From Candidatus Latescibacterota bacterium (GTDB taxonomy: Bacteria > Latescibacterota > UBA2968), in NCBI GenBank assembly GCA_965116885.1, contig OZ220741.1, positions 3,552,001 to 3,616,000 on the forward strand: a DNA stretch of 64,000 bases, read 5' to 3'. Every line of letters begins with the position of its first letter. Within the stretch, counting starts at the first letter, position 1. Below, piece after piece: positions 19,376-29,029 of this stretch. Below the pieces are notes generated by a model that was not told where the DNA came from, ran no database searches, and was given only the letters and a program-made list of their open reading frames with translations. The position numbers and the translations under genes were made by a program.

Positions 19376-19402
19376 GTAGGCGGTAAGCCTTTACGCCCCT
19401 AC
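19376..19402 (-). repeat. GTAG-type REP-like imperfect palindrome
   Basis: GTAGGGGCGTAAAGGCTTACCGCCTAC; single copy in the window. Confidence 0.5.
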
Positions 19403-19445
19403 GGTGCCAGGGCTGTCAGGTAGGAGTGTCCCCATCAATGGCGTA

Positions 19446-20921
19446 TCAATAACGAGGGTCGCCAGCTTCAATTGTTCGTTCCAGCAGCCTGCTGCGCATG
19501 GCTTCTTCCCGATCTCGATAATCCGGGTTTCCCGCCAGATTCACCAGTTCGCCCGGGTCGTTCTGCAAGTCGTAAAGTTCAGAACGATCATTCACATAAT
19601 GTGCGTATTTCCACTTCTCGTTTCGAACCATGCGACCCCGAGAAAGGAAGAACGTTCCCGACTCAACCAGCGGCAATTCAGGTACGGGCTCCGTCCGACT
19701 TATGCCGGCTTTCAGCGCGTCCAGTTCTGCTTCTGGTCCTCCCTCTGGCAATGGCTGACGGCTGCCAACTTCCGCATAGGTGCAGTCTCTTTCTGGAGCC
19801 ATACCCGACATCATATCTGTCACACTTCTACCCTGAACACCCGGCGGGATCGAGATTCCGTTACTCTGGAGTAATGTAGGCATCAAGTCGATTTGCTCAA
19901 TTTGCAGTGCGTTTGTTGCACCATCCCGTGCATGTTCCAAACCCCTTACGATCAATGGGACCTGGACAATGCAGTCGTAGAATGCAGCTGTTTTCCGAAT
20001 GAGTCCGTGTTCGCCCAGGTACTCACCGTGGTCTCCTGTGGCAACAATGATGGTGTCGTCCCAACGACCAAGCGCTTTTAGTCCATCAAAGAATTTGCCC
20101 AGGCATTCATCCAGGTGCCTGAGCATGCCGTAGTAGTACGTCATTGTCTGCCGCAGCTGCTCGTCATCCATGAGATGCAGCCATCCGCCGTGATAATAGA
20201 CTTGCTGAACGAATGGTTTTGAGTCCAATTCATCCTGAGGTCTATGTGGGAGAGGCATGTCCTCTGGTTTGTACATCGTGGCAAAAGGTTCGGGAGCCCG
20301 ATAGGGCGGATGAACATCGGAAAAGCTCAACCACACAAACGAAGGCTCGCCCCCCTTCCTTTCGAGATAATCGAGGGCCTGATTCACGTTGGCTCTTGCT
20401 GGCGTTTCAGCAGGATCGAAAGGGTAGGTTCCGCCATACCAGATTGGGTTTGGGTGATCTCCCCAACGGAAACGTCTTGTCTGTGATTCGAACACAGATG
20501 GGTCGATGGGTATTGCAGGCCCAGGAAATGGCTTCCCATAGGCTTCTCGCTGCTTTTGCCGAAGTGGTGACTCTTCAATACACGCTTCAAATCCTGCTGT
20601 TTTGGCATCTGGAAAACAGTGGTTTTTCCCAAATAGGCCACAGCCGACACCAGCATCTTTCAAGAGCCCTGGCAGATGAACCCTTTCCTTTTCTTGCATC
20701 AACAGCGTGTTGTCTCTGGAACCTGTAACGCTGGGATAACGACCCGTGAAAAATGCGACCCGTGATGCGACGCAGAGCGGAGAAGGTACGGTGCAGTTTT
20801 CAAACCTGATGGCTTCGCTGGCAAAGCGATCCAGATGAGGTGTCGCTCCGACGGGATTGCCATAGCATCCTAATGCGCGAGCGGCAAGATGCTCAATGGT
20901 GATTACGACGATGTTTTTCAT
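19446..20921 (-). CDS. Sulfatase-family hydrolase (CxAxR variant)
   Basis: CVASR, GKNH, GDHG, ELYDLQNDPGE; atypical N-terminal ITIEHL. Confidence 0.9.
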   Translation of the reverse strand: MKNIVVITIEHLAARALGCYGNPVGATPHLDRFASEAIRFENCTVPSPLCVASRVAFFTGRYPSVTGSRDNTLLMQEKERVHLPGLLKDAGVGCGLFGKNHCFPDAKTAGFEACIEESPLRQKQREAYGKPFPGPAIPIDPSVFESQTRRFRWGDHPNPIWYGGTYPFDPAETPARANVNQALDYLERKGGEPSFVWLSFSDVHPPYRAPEPFATMYKPEDMPLPHRPQDELDSKPFVQQVYYHGGWLHLMDDEQLRQTMTYYYGMLRHLDECLGKFFDGLKALGRWDDTIIVATGDHGEYLGEHGLIRKTAAFYDCIVQVPLIVRGLEHARDGATNALQIEQIDLMPTLLQSNGISIPPGVQGRSVTDMMSGMAPERDCTYAEVGSRQPLPEGGPEAELDALKAGISRTEPVPELPLVESGTFFLSRGRMVRNEKWKYAHYVNDRSELYDLQNDPGELVNLAGNPDYRDREEAMRSRLLERTIEAGDPRY

Positions 20922-20924
20922 CTC

Positions 20925-22310
20925 TTAGCTCCTATCGACTTCCTCAGACCAGGCTCTGTACAATTCCTGCAGGTGCTCAACGACCCTGGGATGCTGGTCA
21001 ATCAGATCTTGACTCTCGGAGGGATCTTCCTTCAGGTTAAACAGGCAGGTCTTCTGGAGAAGCTCTGTGCGTTCAACGATCCCATCGCAGGGCTCTCGAC
21101 CTCTCCTGCCACCTTTATGCAACAGTTTCCAATCACCAGAGCGCACGGCATAACTGTCGCCCCAGCGCCAGAAGAGGTCTCGCTGGTCTGCGATTTTTGT
21201 GACATCTTTTGGGATGGCTTGACCATCCAAACCTTCTGGCAGATTGATGCCTGCCGCCTGCAGACAGGTCGGAAGAATATCGAGCGTTGAGATTGTCCTG
21301 TCACAGATCGTTCCAGATGCCGACTCATTTGGACAGGCGAGAATGAACGGCACGCGAATCCCGCCTTCCCAGAGCGTAAACTTGCTCCCGGCAAGCGGCA
21401 GGTTGCAGGCACCGGTGTTCGGTGCGCCTCCGTTGTCTGAAAACATGATCACGATGGTGTTGTCGGCAAGCGATAGCTGATCCAACGTGTCCAGGAGGCG
21501 ACCGATATTGTCGTCGAGGCAGTTGAGGTTCGCCAGGTAGTATCTGCGAAACTCATCTGCATTGATCTCGCCGAGGGTGACATACCTTTTGAACCAGTCT
21601 TCATAACTGCCCATGGTCTCCGGATCGTAGTTTGGAATCTCCCTTACGCCGTGCTTGTCGAGGTATCGCCTGGGCACCTGATGAATCAGGTGATGCACGG
21701 AGTTGTAGGAGAGCGTTACAAAGAAAGGTTCTTCCTGATGGCTCTCGAGAAAATCGATTGTCGCATCGGTGAAGATCTCCGTCAGATAACCTTCTCCAAA
21801 TTCTTTGTAACCCCGATTGTGCATGAGTGGGCCGACAACCGCGCTGTGCCCTTTTGGATCGGGCGTGCGATCTTCGATATCTCTGGCGAGGAGGAAATAG
21901 TCGTGGCCGTGTGCCGAGAAGCCGAGAAACTCGTCGTAGCCGTGGTTCAGCGGGTATTCGTGAGCTTCGTGATCGTGAAAGCCCAGGCCGTAATCGTTCT
22001 TGCCGAAACGCGCTGTGGTATAGCCGTTAGCCTTCATGATTTCGGCGATGTTCTTTTCTGTTTCAGGATGTCCGCATAAAAAGGAGGATTTCGGATCCCA
22101 GCGCACCTGGTGCCTCCCCGTATTCCATCCAGCACGCGAAGGGCTGCACACCGGGGCTGTGACGTAGGCCTGTGAAAAGAGAACGCCGCGCTCAGCGAGC
22201 CGATCCATATTCGGCGTCTGCACATCTGGCGCATGATGACTGAATGCAGTCAGATCTCCGTAGCCCTGATCGTCTGTAACAATGATGAGAAAATTTGGTT
22301 TTGTGCCCAT
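20925..22310 (-). CDS. Sulfatase (Cys-type)
   Basis: KPNFLIIVTDDQGYGD, CSPSR, SDNG. Confidence 0.94.
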   Translation of the reverse strand: MGTKPNFLIIVTDDQGYGDLTAFSHHAPDVQTPNMDRLAERGVLFSQAYVTAPVCSPSRAGWNTGRHQVRWDPKSSFLCGHPETEKNIAEIMKANGYTTARFGKNDYGLGFHDHEAHEYPLNHGYDEFLGFSAHGHDYFLLARDIEDRTPDPKGHSAVVGPLMHNRGYKEFGEGYLTEIFTDATIDFLESHQEEPFFVTLSYNSVHHLIHQVPRRYLDKHGVREIPNYDPETMGSYEDWFKRYVTLGEINADEFRRYYLANLNCLDDNIGRLLDTLDQLSLADNTIVIMFSDNGGAPNTGACNLPLAGSKFTLWEGGIRVPFILACPNESASGTICDRTISTLDILPTCLQAAGINLPEGLDGQAIPKDVTKIADQRDLFWRWGDSYAVRSGDWKLLHKGGRRGREPCDGIVERTELLQKTCLFNLKEDPSESQDLIDQHPRVVEHLQELYRAWSEEVDRS

Positions 22311-22317
22311 AATGATC
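22264..22317. repeat. 54-bp direct repeat, copy 2
   Basis: 53 of 54 nt identical to 18121-18174. Confidence 0.9.
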
Positions 22318-22441
22318 TCCCCGGTCTTCCAGGTGTATTCTTCATTCCAATTCCTTGTCTTGTCGTCCTGTCAATACCCAGTTTATCGTGGCCATGGTGA
22401 TGAGTTGCACCTGACCTTTGCCATCCACAATGTGGAAGAGC

Positions 22442-23920
22442 TCACGCAAACCCGCCGAGAAGCTGCTCTCTGGTCATTATCTTGACTGGCGGCAGGTTAT
22501 CGACCATTCCCGCGTCCGTGCGTCGAAGCTCATCAATGGTCCCTTGCCGCAATTGGGCGAGCAACTCGTGGTAATCGGATTCCAAAGCGAGGTTTTCCAG
22601 TTCCTCGGGGTCATTCTCGAGATCGTACATCTCTTCGATCTCCTCGGGGACGAGCCAGCGGATATATTTGTACTTTCCCGTGCACAGAGATACCCACCAG
22701 GGGATAGGAGGATTGCCTATTGGCTCACCACAGCCGACATCGGTGTCTTCTCCAAAACAATGACCCGTACACTCCATCAGCAGCGGGCGATCCCATTCGG
22801 CGTTGGGGTCGGAGAGCAATGGTGTCAGGTCCTCCCCGTGCATCTTCCAGGGTTGTTCCATGCCGATCAACGAGAGAAAGGTCGGCGGGATATCCTGGCC
22901 GCCGATTGGCACATCGCATACTGTGCCTGCGGGAATTTGTCCCGGCAGCCGCATGATCATCGGCGCTTTGATATTGGCATCATAGGGCGCCACCTTGAGT
23001 CGAAAGCCGTGCTGTCCCCAGGCGAATCCCTGGTCCGACGTAAAGACGACCAGGGTATCATCCAATTGCCCCATCTCCTCTATGGCGCCGATCACCCTAC
23101 CGACCCCTTCATCCAGGGCGCGAACGCCCCGGTTGTATTGTTGTTCCCAATCGGTGAGGGTCCGTCCATCCCGGATGCCTACCGGTTGGCCCTGATCTCC
23201 CTCACGCCAAACACCATAGTCCCGCATATGTGTCGCCTTGGTCGGGCGCGGCGGGTAGATGTCTTCTGGCGTGGGGACCTGGGAAACATCTGGATAATCG
23301 TGGAGATGGCGGTCAGCCACTTCCCAGGGTCCGTGTACTGCGTCATAGCACAGCCAGAGGTGCCAGGGCTTATCCGGTTCTTCTGCCCGTCCACGGAGAA
23401 ATTCAAGTGCATACTCCGTGTAGTTATCGGTAGAATAGCCGCCAACCGGTTCCGGCGGCCCCCCGTTGATACTCATGCTCTGATTGACATAATAGGGCCC
23501 GTATTTCTCGGGTTGGCTGTGGTCCCAGATGGCAGAAAAATCCCAGTACCGACCGTGACCATGATCGGGACCTGTGTGCCATTTGCCGACGATGCCTGTG
23601 TACCAACCGTTCTCACGGAGATTCTCGAGCCAGTACGGACACTGGTCTGGATCGCGGACATAGTTTGGGTAGCTCGTGGGCAGGTGCATGCTCATCACGC
23701 CATGCGGCAATTTTCCGGTCAGGTACGTGGCGCGCGAAGGCGCACACCAGGCACTGGTATAGCAGTTGGAAAAACGCATCCCCTCATGGGCGAGGCGGTC
23801 GATGTTTGGCGTACTGATCCACGAATGCGCCTCGGGATAGCAACTCACAGACCGAAAGCTCTGATCGTCGGTGAAGATGTATAAAATGTTGCGCGGATGG
23901 TTCGATTGATCATCGTTCAT
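22442..23920 (-). CDS. Sulfatase (Cys-type)
   Basis: NILYIFTDDQ, CAPSR, GKWH, SDQG. Confidence 0.93.
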   Translation of the reverse strand: MNDDQSNHPRNILYIFTDDQSFRSVSCYPEAHSWISTPNIDRLAHEGMRFSNCYTSAWCAPSRATYLTGKLPHGVMSMHLPTSYPNYVRDPDQCPYWLENLRENGWYTGIVGKWHTGPDHGHGRYWDFSAIWDHSQPEKYGPYYVNQSMSINGGPPEPVGGYSTDNYTEYALEFLRGRAEEPDKPWHLWLCYDAVHGPWEVADRHLHDYPDVSQVPTPEDIYPPRPTKATHMRDYGVWREGDQGQPVGIRDGRTLTDWEQQYNRGVRALDEGVGRVIGAIEEMGQLDDTLVVFTSDQGFAWGQHGFRLKVAPYDANIKAPMIMRLPGQIPAGTVCDVPIGGQDIPPTFLSLIGMEQPWKMHGEDLTPLLSDPNAEWDRPLLMECTGHCFGEDTDVGCGEPIGNPPIPWWVSLCTGKYKYIRWLVPEEIEEMYDLENDPEELENLALESDYHELLAQLRQGTIDELRRTDAGMVDNLPPVKIMTREQLLGGFA

Positions 23921-24012
23921 TTTGGTTCTCCGTAATGTATGTGGTCAGGTAAACCAGACCATGGTTCGCTTCTATTTCCCTGTTCTGCATCTATCCGAAT
24001 CAGCGCCCTTGA

Positions 24013-25086
24013 TCAGACCTCAGAGCCTGCAAGAGTGCGAACAGTCTCGCTCCAATCATCCCAAAGCCCCGGATCTTCCGGGCGAGGCTCTGGCGGGGGA
24101 ACTTCTGGCCCAAGTTCAAGTTCGTGGATTTTTCTCACGTTGGGCGGTGGCGATGGTCGTGGGCCTTTGACATAACGGCCGTTGTATGTTCTGTTATATA
24201 CAGATTTTTTGTAAGCATCATAAAGAATCATCTGTCGAATCTGCGGAGGATTGCTGTAGTTCCGCGTTGCCGAGTGGAACATTCGCCCGTGCCACAAAAC
24301 CACATCGCCCTCGTCACCAAAAAATTCAAAGGGTTCAATGTCGGCGAGTGCGTCCTTGAGTCCTGCAGGCTGCGGCAAAACAAATGCCGCAGCGCCGCTT
24401 TCCGGGTGGGGCGCATGTAGAATTGAATAGCGGGCAAGATCTACAGAGTCCGGCTCTGCTTCGTAGAGCAAACGGTGACTGCCGGGAAAAAGGGCGATGC
24501 CACCTCCACCTTTGGGAACCTGGTCAACGTATGCGCTTGCCACCAGATGCATCGGCTCGGGATCAATGTGTGCACCGGCACGGACGGCATCCGCCAGAGC
24601 AGGTGAGTCGCTCTTGCGCTCTCTCGGCAGCACGCAGTACATACCGCGCAACTCCTTGCCACCCCAGACCGGCCAGCCACGCAACCGACTTCCACGCGGA
24701 TCTGGATCGGCCGCGGAGGAAGTTACCTCTGGTGTCACAACTTCACCTTCGCCGAGAAGTTGCTCAAACCACGGGAATACACGGCGTGGAAGCAAGTTGA
24801 TTAAGTCCTCGTCGCCAGAGAGTTCACGCAATCGCCAGCCGTGGGCACCGGTGCGATCATTCATGCCATCAGGGGTGCTTTGACGTTCTTCCTCAGGGAC
24901 ACCGTTTAACCAGGTATTAGGATCATCCCGGCGCAAATGACTTGAGGTATTCCCTGCCCACAACCTATCTCGTGCAGCAGCACAAAGTTTGGGGTCGAGG
25001 ATCTTTCGTTTTACGAGGAATCCATTCGTGATAAACTGTTGGATCTCCTCTGTGCTAAGGGGTGTCAATGCTGTATCCATAGACAT
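24013..25086 (-). CDS. PhyH-like dioxygenase
   Basis: FITNGFLV, AHID, FPGSH, GDVVLWHGRMFHSA. Confidence 0.8.
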   Translation of the reverse strand: MSMDTALTPLSTEEIQQFITNGFLVKRKILDPKLCAAARDRLWAGNTSSHLRRDDPNTWLNGVPEEERQSTPDGMNDRTGAHGWRLRELSGDEDLINLLPRRVFPWFEQLLGEGEVVTPEVTSSAADPDPRGSRLRGWPVWGGKELRGMYCVLPRERKSDSPALADAVRAGAHIDPEPMHLVASAYVDQVPKGGGGIALFPGSHRLLYEAEPDSVDLARYSILHAPHPESGAAAFVLPQPAGLKDALADIEPFEFFGDEGDVVLWHGRMFHSATRNYSNPPQIRQMILYDAYKKSVYNRTYNGRYVKGPRPSPPPNVRKIHELELGPEVPPPEPRPEDPGLWDDWSETVRTLAGSEV

Positions 25087-25137
25087 AAGCCTTCTTTCTG
25101 CGATTCGTTTTCGCTGACAGTACTTTTTAATTTTCGT

Positions 25138-26487
25138 TTACACTTGCTTCCTGCGAAATGCGTGGGGATTGACGATTTCATATCCCCATCGATCCAACAA
25201 TTCATGCCCGTTCTCAAACGCGTCGTTCTGTTCCCTCAATAGGTCTGAAAGCAAACCTTCCAGATGCGTTTGAACAGATTCTGCCTCAGGCCGACCACAA
25301 AGGTTCTCCAACTGATAAGGATCTGCCTCATTGTCATACAACAACCAGGGCCCCTCCAGGTCGCGCACATAAGTATAACGGCTCGTGCGAACGCCTCGAT
25401 ATTCTCTGCCACCATGTTCATAAGAATAATTGGCAAACGGAACGTAGCATCCAAAAAGTGAAGCCTCCAAAGGCGCATCGGCTTCACCAAGCATGTGTTT
25501 GGCAAAACTCACCCCTTCGACGCCTTCCGGTACAGGCGCGCCTACCAGATCCAGCAAGGTTGGCATCATATCCGGGATACCAAAAGGGGTGTCGATTTGG
25601 CGACCAATCCCATCTGGCAAACGCAACAGAAAAGGCACAAGAATGGATTCATCCCAGGGCCGTATTTTTCGATCGTGACCTTGTGACCCATTCATTTCAC
25701 CGTGGTCAGACGTAAACACAAGAATCGTATCCTCTGTCATCCCGAGGCGTTCAAGTGCTTCTTCAACACGCCCAACACAGTGATCAAGTGCCGTAATATG
25801 CGCATAATAACCCCACATATCATTCCGGGCAGTCGCCTCACACTCAGCAGGCACATTGTCTCTCAATACGATTTCATCTTCATTGTAGAGCGCTCTGTAT
25901 TCTTCCGGCACTTTGTGGAAAGGGTTATGAGGCGGGCCGTAGGATACAAAAAGGGAAAACGGATCTTCCTTCTCCTCTCTGCCTTCCAGATATTCAATCG
26001 CACAATCTGTCTGTGCAAACGCATCGTATCCTTCCCACTTTTTCATAATGCCCGAGTCATCATAATAGGGCGAATCGTAATAATTGTGCGAGCATTCGTG
26101 CGCGCGCCAAAAGTCAAAGCCCAACCGTCGCTCAGGTGGGATGAAATTCTGCTCGTGGGTATCCCCGTCCAAATGCCACTTGCCAATATATGCGGTGTCA
26201 TAACCGTGTGACTTTAGAACCTCAGCGAATGTGGTCGTATCGGGCTCAAGCCGAATCTGGTTTAAAAAAATCCCATGCGTCAGTGGATATTGCCCGGTCA
26301 AAAGACAGGCACGAGCCGGACAACAAACCGGGCACGTTGACACAGTCGTATCCAACCGAATACTCTTTTGAGCCAGGGCATCGAGATTGGGTGTCTTAAC
26401 ATTTGGATCTCCCGCATACCCGGTCGCCTGTGCGCGCCACTGATCGGTCAAAATGAATACAATATTGGGCTTTTCTTTCTTGGCCAC
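25138..26487 (-). CDS. Sulfatase (Cys-type)
   Basis: KPNIVFILTDQ, CCPAR, GKWHL, SDHG; GTG start after GAGGAGG. Confidence 0.95.
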   Translation of the reverse strand: MAKKEKPNIVFILTDQWRAQATGYAGDPNVKTPNLDALAQKSIRLDTTVSTCPVCCPARACLLTGQYPLTHGIFLNQIRLEPDTTTFAEVLKSHGYDTAYIGKWHLDGDTHEQNFIPPERRLGFDFWRAHECSHNYYDSPYYDDSGIMKKWEGYDAFAQTDCAIEYLEGREEKEDPFSLFVSYGPPHNPFHKVPEEYRALYNEDEIVLRDNVPAECEATARNDMWGYYAHITALDHCVGRVEEALERLGMTEDTILVFTSDHGEMNGSQGHDRKIRPWDESILVPFLLRLPDGIGRQIDTPFGIPDMMPTLLDLVGAPVPEGVEGVSFAKHMLGEADAPLEASLFGCYVPFANYSYEHGGREYRGVRTSRYTYVRDLEGPWLLYDNEADPYQLENLCGRPEAESVQTHLEGLLSDLLREQNDAFENGHELLDRWGYEIVNPHAFRRKQV

Positions 26488-26612
26488 AATAACCTCCTCA
26501 GATTACTTCATGCTAATAATGGATCATTCCTTTCAGCTTCCTCGTATTTCAGCAACATCCAATCACAAAGCAATCAGATCACAATCACAGGAAAATTGAC
26601 TACCCGGATTCC

Positions 26613-26641
26613 ATGATAATTAATCAACTATTGATAATCAA
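26613..26641 (-). promoter_or_regulatory. Candidate sigma70 promoter with overlapping palindromic operators
   Basis: TTGATT-17-TATCAT; palindromes TTGATAATCAA (26631-26641) and ATCAA-CTA-TTGAT (26623-26635). Confidence 0.4.
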
Positions 26642-26711
26642 TGAAAACGCGAAGGAACGTCAGGAGCAGGGATTCAAAATGGTTGCGTGCGGTTTAAATT
26701 CGGCGTTACAC

Positions 26712-26746
26712 AAAAAAGAGGCTATCTGCTTTGGATAGCCTCTTTT
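26712..26746 (-). terminator. Rho-independent terminator (likely bidirectional)
   Basis: AAAAGAGGCTATC / GATAGCCTCTTTT stem with T-runs on both strands, just downstream of the nucleotidyltransferase gene. Confidence 0.8.
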
Positions 26747-26779
26747 GCTGTATGGTTAAATTAAATAATGCCATCGACT

Positions 26780-27238
26780 CTACGACGAGTCTCTATTTCC
26801 TCCTAACTCGTCCACATCGGCAAGATCTTTGGGGCGAGCGGAGACGCGTTTGTTTTTGATAAGATCTGACAGAGAGATGTAGAAAACGGGCGTTTCTCCA
26901 TAAATTCCAGAGATGCGATTCTGCCAGACCTCTTCAAACGTAAGGCCACTGATGCTGTTCATCATTTCGATTCTTACAGGCGCAATCCCCATTCTAACAA
27001 TGTTGCCAGAATCGGCAAACTCTGTGGCTTGCGCTTCAGTTGTAGCCAAACCGAATTGGTCAAGCGCATGGCGAATATGATCGATATTTTCTCGGGTATT
27101 TCGAAAAAAGAGATCCAGATCATCGGTTGCTCGGGCATAGCCATGGAATGCAACAGCATATCCACCGACAATCACAAATTCAACTGTCTCCGCGTTTAAC
27201 AATTGTAAGAACTCTTCGAAGTCGTTGTGGATATTCAC
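26780..27238 (-). CDS. Nucleotidyltransferase-like protein (DUF6036-type)
   Basis: VGGYAVAFHGYARATDDLD and NKRVSARPKDLAD motifs. Confidence 0.8.
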   Translation of the reverse strand: MNIHNDFEEFLQLLNAETVEFVIVGGYAVAFHGYARATDDLDLFFRNTRENIDHIRHALDQFGLATTEAQATEFADSGNIVRMGIAPVRIEMMNSISGLTFEEVWQNRISGIYGETPVFYISLSDLIKNKRVSARPKDLADVDELGGNRDSS

Positions 27239-27371
27239 GGTGGGTTACCTTACACATCTCCTGGCGTAAATCCTCAAGGAGCGAAACGCGTTCGTCCCCT
27301 GTAAGATGTCGGGTATGGTCGCAGGCTTTTTCATTGGGATCAAATTTTGAAATTGTCAGAACACGTTTCAT
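27180..27371 (-). CDS. Small protein upstream of the nucleotidyltransferase (possible TA partner)
   Basis: 63 aa, GAGG RBS, LTGDERVSLLEDLR..RLRRVLTIVK; overlaps the next gene by 59 nt. Confidence 0.65.
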   Translation of the reverse strand: MKRVLTISKFDPNEKACDHTRHLTGDERVSLLEDLRQEMCKVTHREYPQRLRRVLTIVKRGDS

Positions 27372-27410
27372 AGGACAAACCTCAAAGGAATAACTTCACC
27401 AACACAAATG

Positions 27411-27439
27411 AATATAGCCCATCAGCATAAGCGCGTCAA
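27411..27439 (-). promoter_or_regulatory. Sigma70-type promoter of the two-gene module
   Basis: TTGACG-17-TATATT, about 40 nt upstream of ATG 27371. Confidence 0.6.
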
Positions 27440-27561
27440 CGAATCACAGAAATATCAAAAAGATTTGATTCCTTCTTAAACAACCGGTCTGATCTCTGGC
27501 GCACCGTTCTCTTCGCATACATCTCCGGAAAATCAGTATTGATAAAAATACAGAGGGGATT

Positions 27562-28989
27562 CTAAACACTCGGCAAAGGCACAGTATCTCCTGTTTCATG
27601 TTGCCACAATCGAATCTTCGCCGCCATATCGCGAATGCGATCGCGATGTTCAGGAACATCAAACAGATTGTTTTCTTCATAGGGATCTGTATTAAGGTCG
27701 AACAACTCACACTGATCACCAGCACACAAATTCAACTTCCAGCGATCACCTGTCACCACCGATCGCCAGGGCAATGTCGCCATCAAGTTAATGCTTGGGT
27801 TCCCTAAATTGCGATCGCCAATCCCATTCCACTCCATAAATGCAACGTGATTCTTCAAATCGCGTTCACCGGTGAGTGCATCAGCCAAACTCTCCCCTTC
27901 ACACTGATCTGAAATTTCAATGCCCGCCAGATTCAAAAGCGTCGGCACCAAATCCGCATGCCCAAACACACCATCGATTCGTTTTTGTTCCTTATTTAAC
28001 CACGGCACACTGAGCAAAAACGGCACTCGCGCAGACTCTTCGTAAAACGTCCGCTTTTCCATCATGGCATGATCGCCCACCATTTCCCCATGATCACTCG
28101 TGTAAGCAATAATCGTATTCTCCAGTTGCCCTGTCTCTTCCAATGCCTGAATGATCCGCCCCACAGCATCATCCACAATCTTCATATTTCCGAAGTATTG
28201 CGATCTCACTTTCCGCCATCCGAATTCCGTACTTAAATCTTCACCTGCCTCCTTCTTCGTTGCATAATGCTCTGCTCGCACCCGATTAAATCGCGAATGC
28301 CCTTCAGGCTGTTTCAAAAACGTCGGGCCAACCGGCAATTCCTCAGGATCGTACAAACCGTCATACGGCCCTGTATATGGAGGGTGCGGTTCAAACGTAC
28401 TGCACACCAGCAACCAGGGCTGATCGACATTTTCTCGAATAAACCGATCCGCTTCCTGCGCGACAAACGCCCCGACCTGTTGTTCCGCTGGCAAACGCGC
28501 GCGATCTCCTGCAGAAAATTGTTTCAAGTCCGGTGCCAAATGCGAGGGTGGTTCAACGCCCTGCGCCACCAACCACTCATAGTGGGAACTCATCGGCGCA
28601 TCTTGAATCGTATTCAAATGCCGCAAATTATCCTGAATACTGATCCACTCATCAAACCCATGTTGGCGAACGGTATCGTTGCCCAAATGCCATTTGCCCA
28701 TATATGCCTTGCGATATGTATCTGGCATCATTTCCGCAATCGACTTTGTATCTTCCCGTAGATGAATCCCATTCGCCACACATCCGTGCGAATGAGGGTA
28801 CAGCCCAGACATCAACGTACCCCGCGATGGCGTACACACAGCCTGACCAACATACGTATTCTCAAAAACAAAAGACCGCTCCGAAAGCGCATTCAAATGC
28901 GGCGATTGAATCCAATCATTGCCGTAACACGACATGGTATCTGTGCGTTGCTGATCTGTGAACACAAAAAGAATATTCGGTTGATTCAT
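27562..28989 (-). CDS. Sulfatase (Cys-type)
   Basis: QPNILFVFTDQ, CTPSR, GKWHLG, SDHG. Confidence 0.95.
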   Translation of the reverse strand: MNQPNILFVFTDQQRTDTMSCYGNDWIQSPHLNALSERSFVFENTYVGQAVCTPSRGTLMSGLYPHSHGCVANGIHLREDTKSIAEMMPDTYRKAYMGKWHLGNDTVRQHGFDEWISIQDNLRHLNTIQDAPMSSHYEWLVAQGVEPPSHLAPDLKQFSAGDRARLPAEQQVGAFVAQEADRFIRENVDQPWLLVCSTFEPHPPYTGPYDGLYDPEELPVGPTFLKQPEGHSRFNRVRAEHYATKKEAGEDLSTEFGWRKVRSQYFGNMKIVDDAVGRIIQALEETGQLENTIIAYTSDHGEMVGDHAMMEKRTFYEESARVPFLLSVPWLNKEQKRIDGVFGHADLVPTLLNLAGIEISDQCEGESLADALTGERDLKNHVAFMEWNGIGDRNLGNPSINLMATLPWRSVVTGDRWKLNLCAGDQCELFDLNTDPYEENNLFDVPEHRDRIRDMAAKIRLWQHETGDTVPLPSV

Positions 28990-29029
28990 ATTTACCCCTC
29001 AAATTTGTCGTTCGCGGTATTCCCTATTC

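Noticed and set aside
22418..23884. 488-aa plus-strand ORF
   Set aside because: Antisense shadow of a clear sulfatase in GC-rich DNA; no recognisable motifs.
26508..26573. LLCDWMLLKYEEAERNDPLLA* as another sulfatase tail remnant
   Set aside because: Suggestive but too short, with no matching gene in the window.
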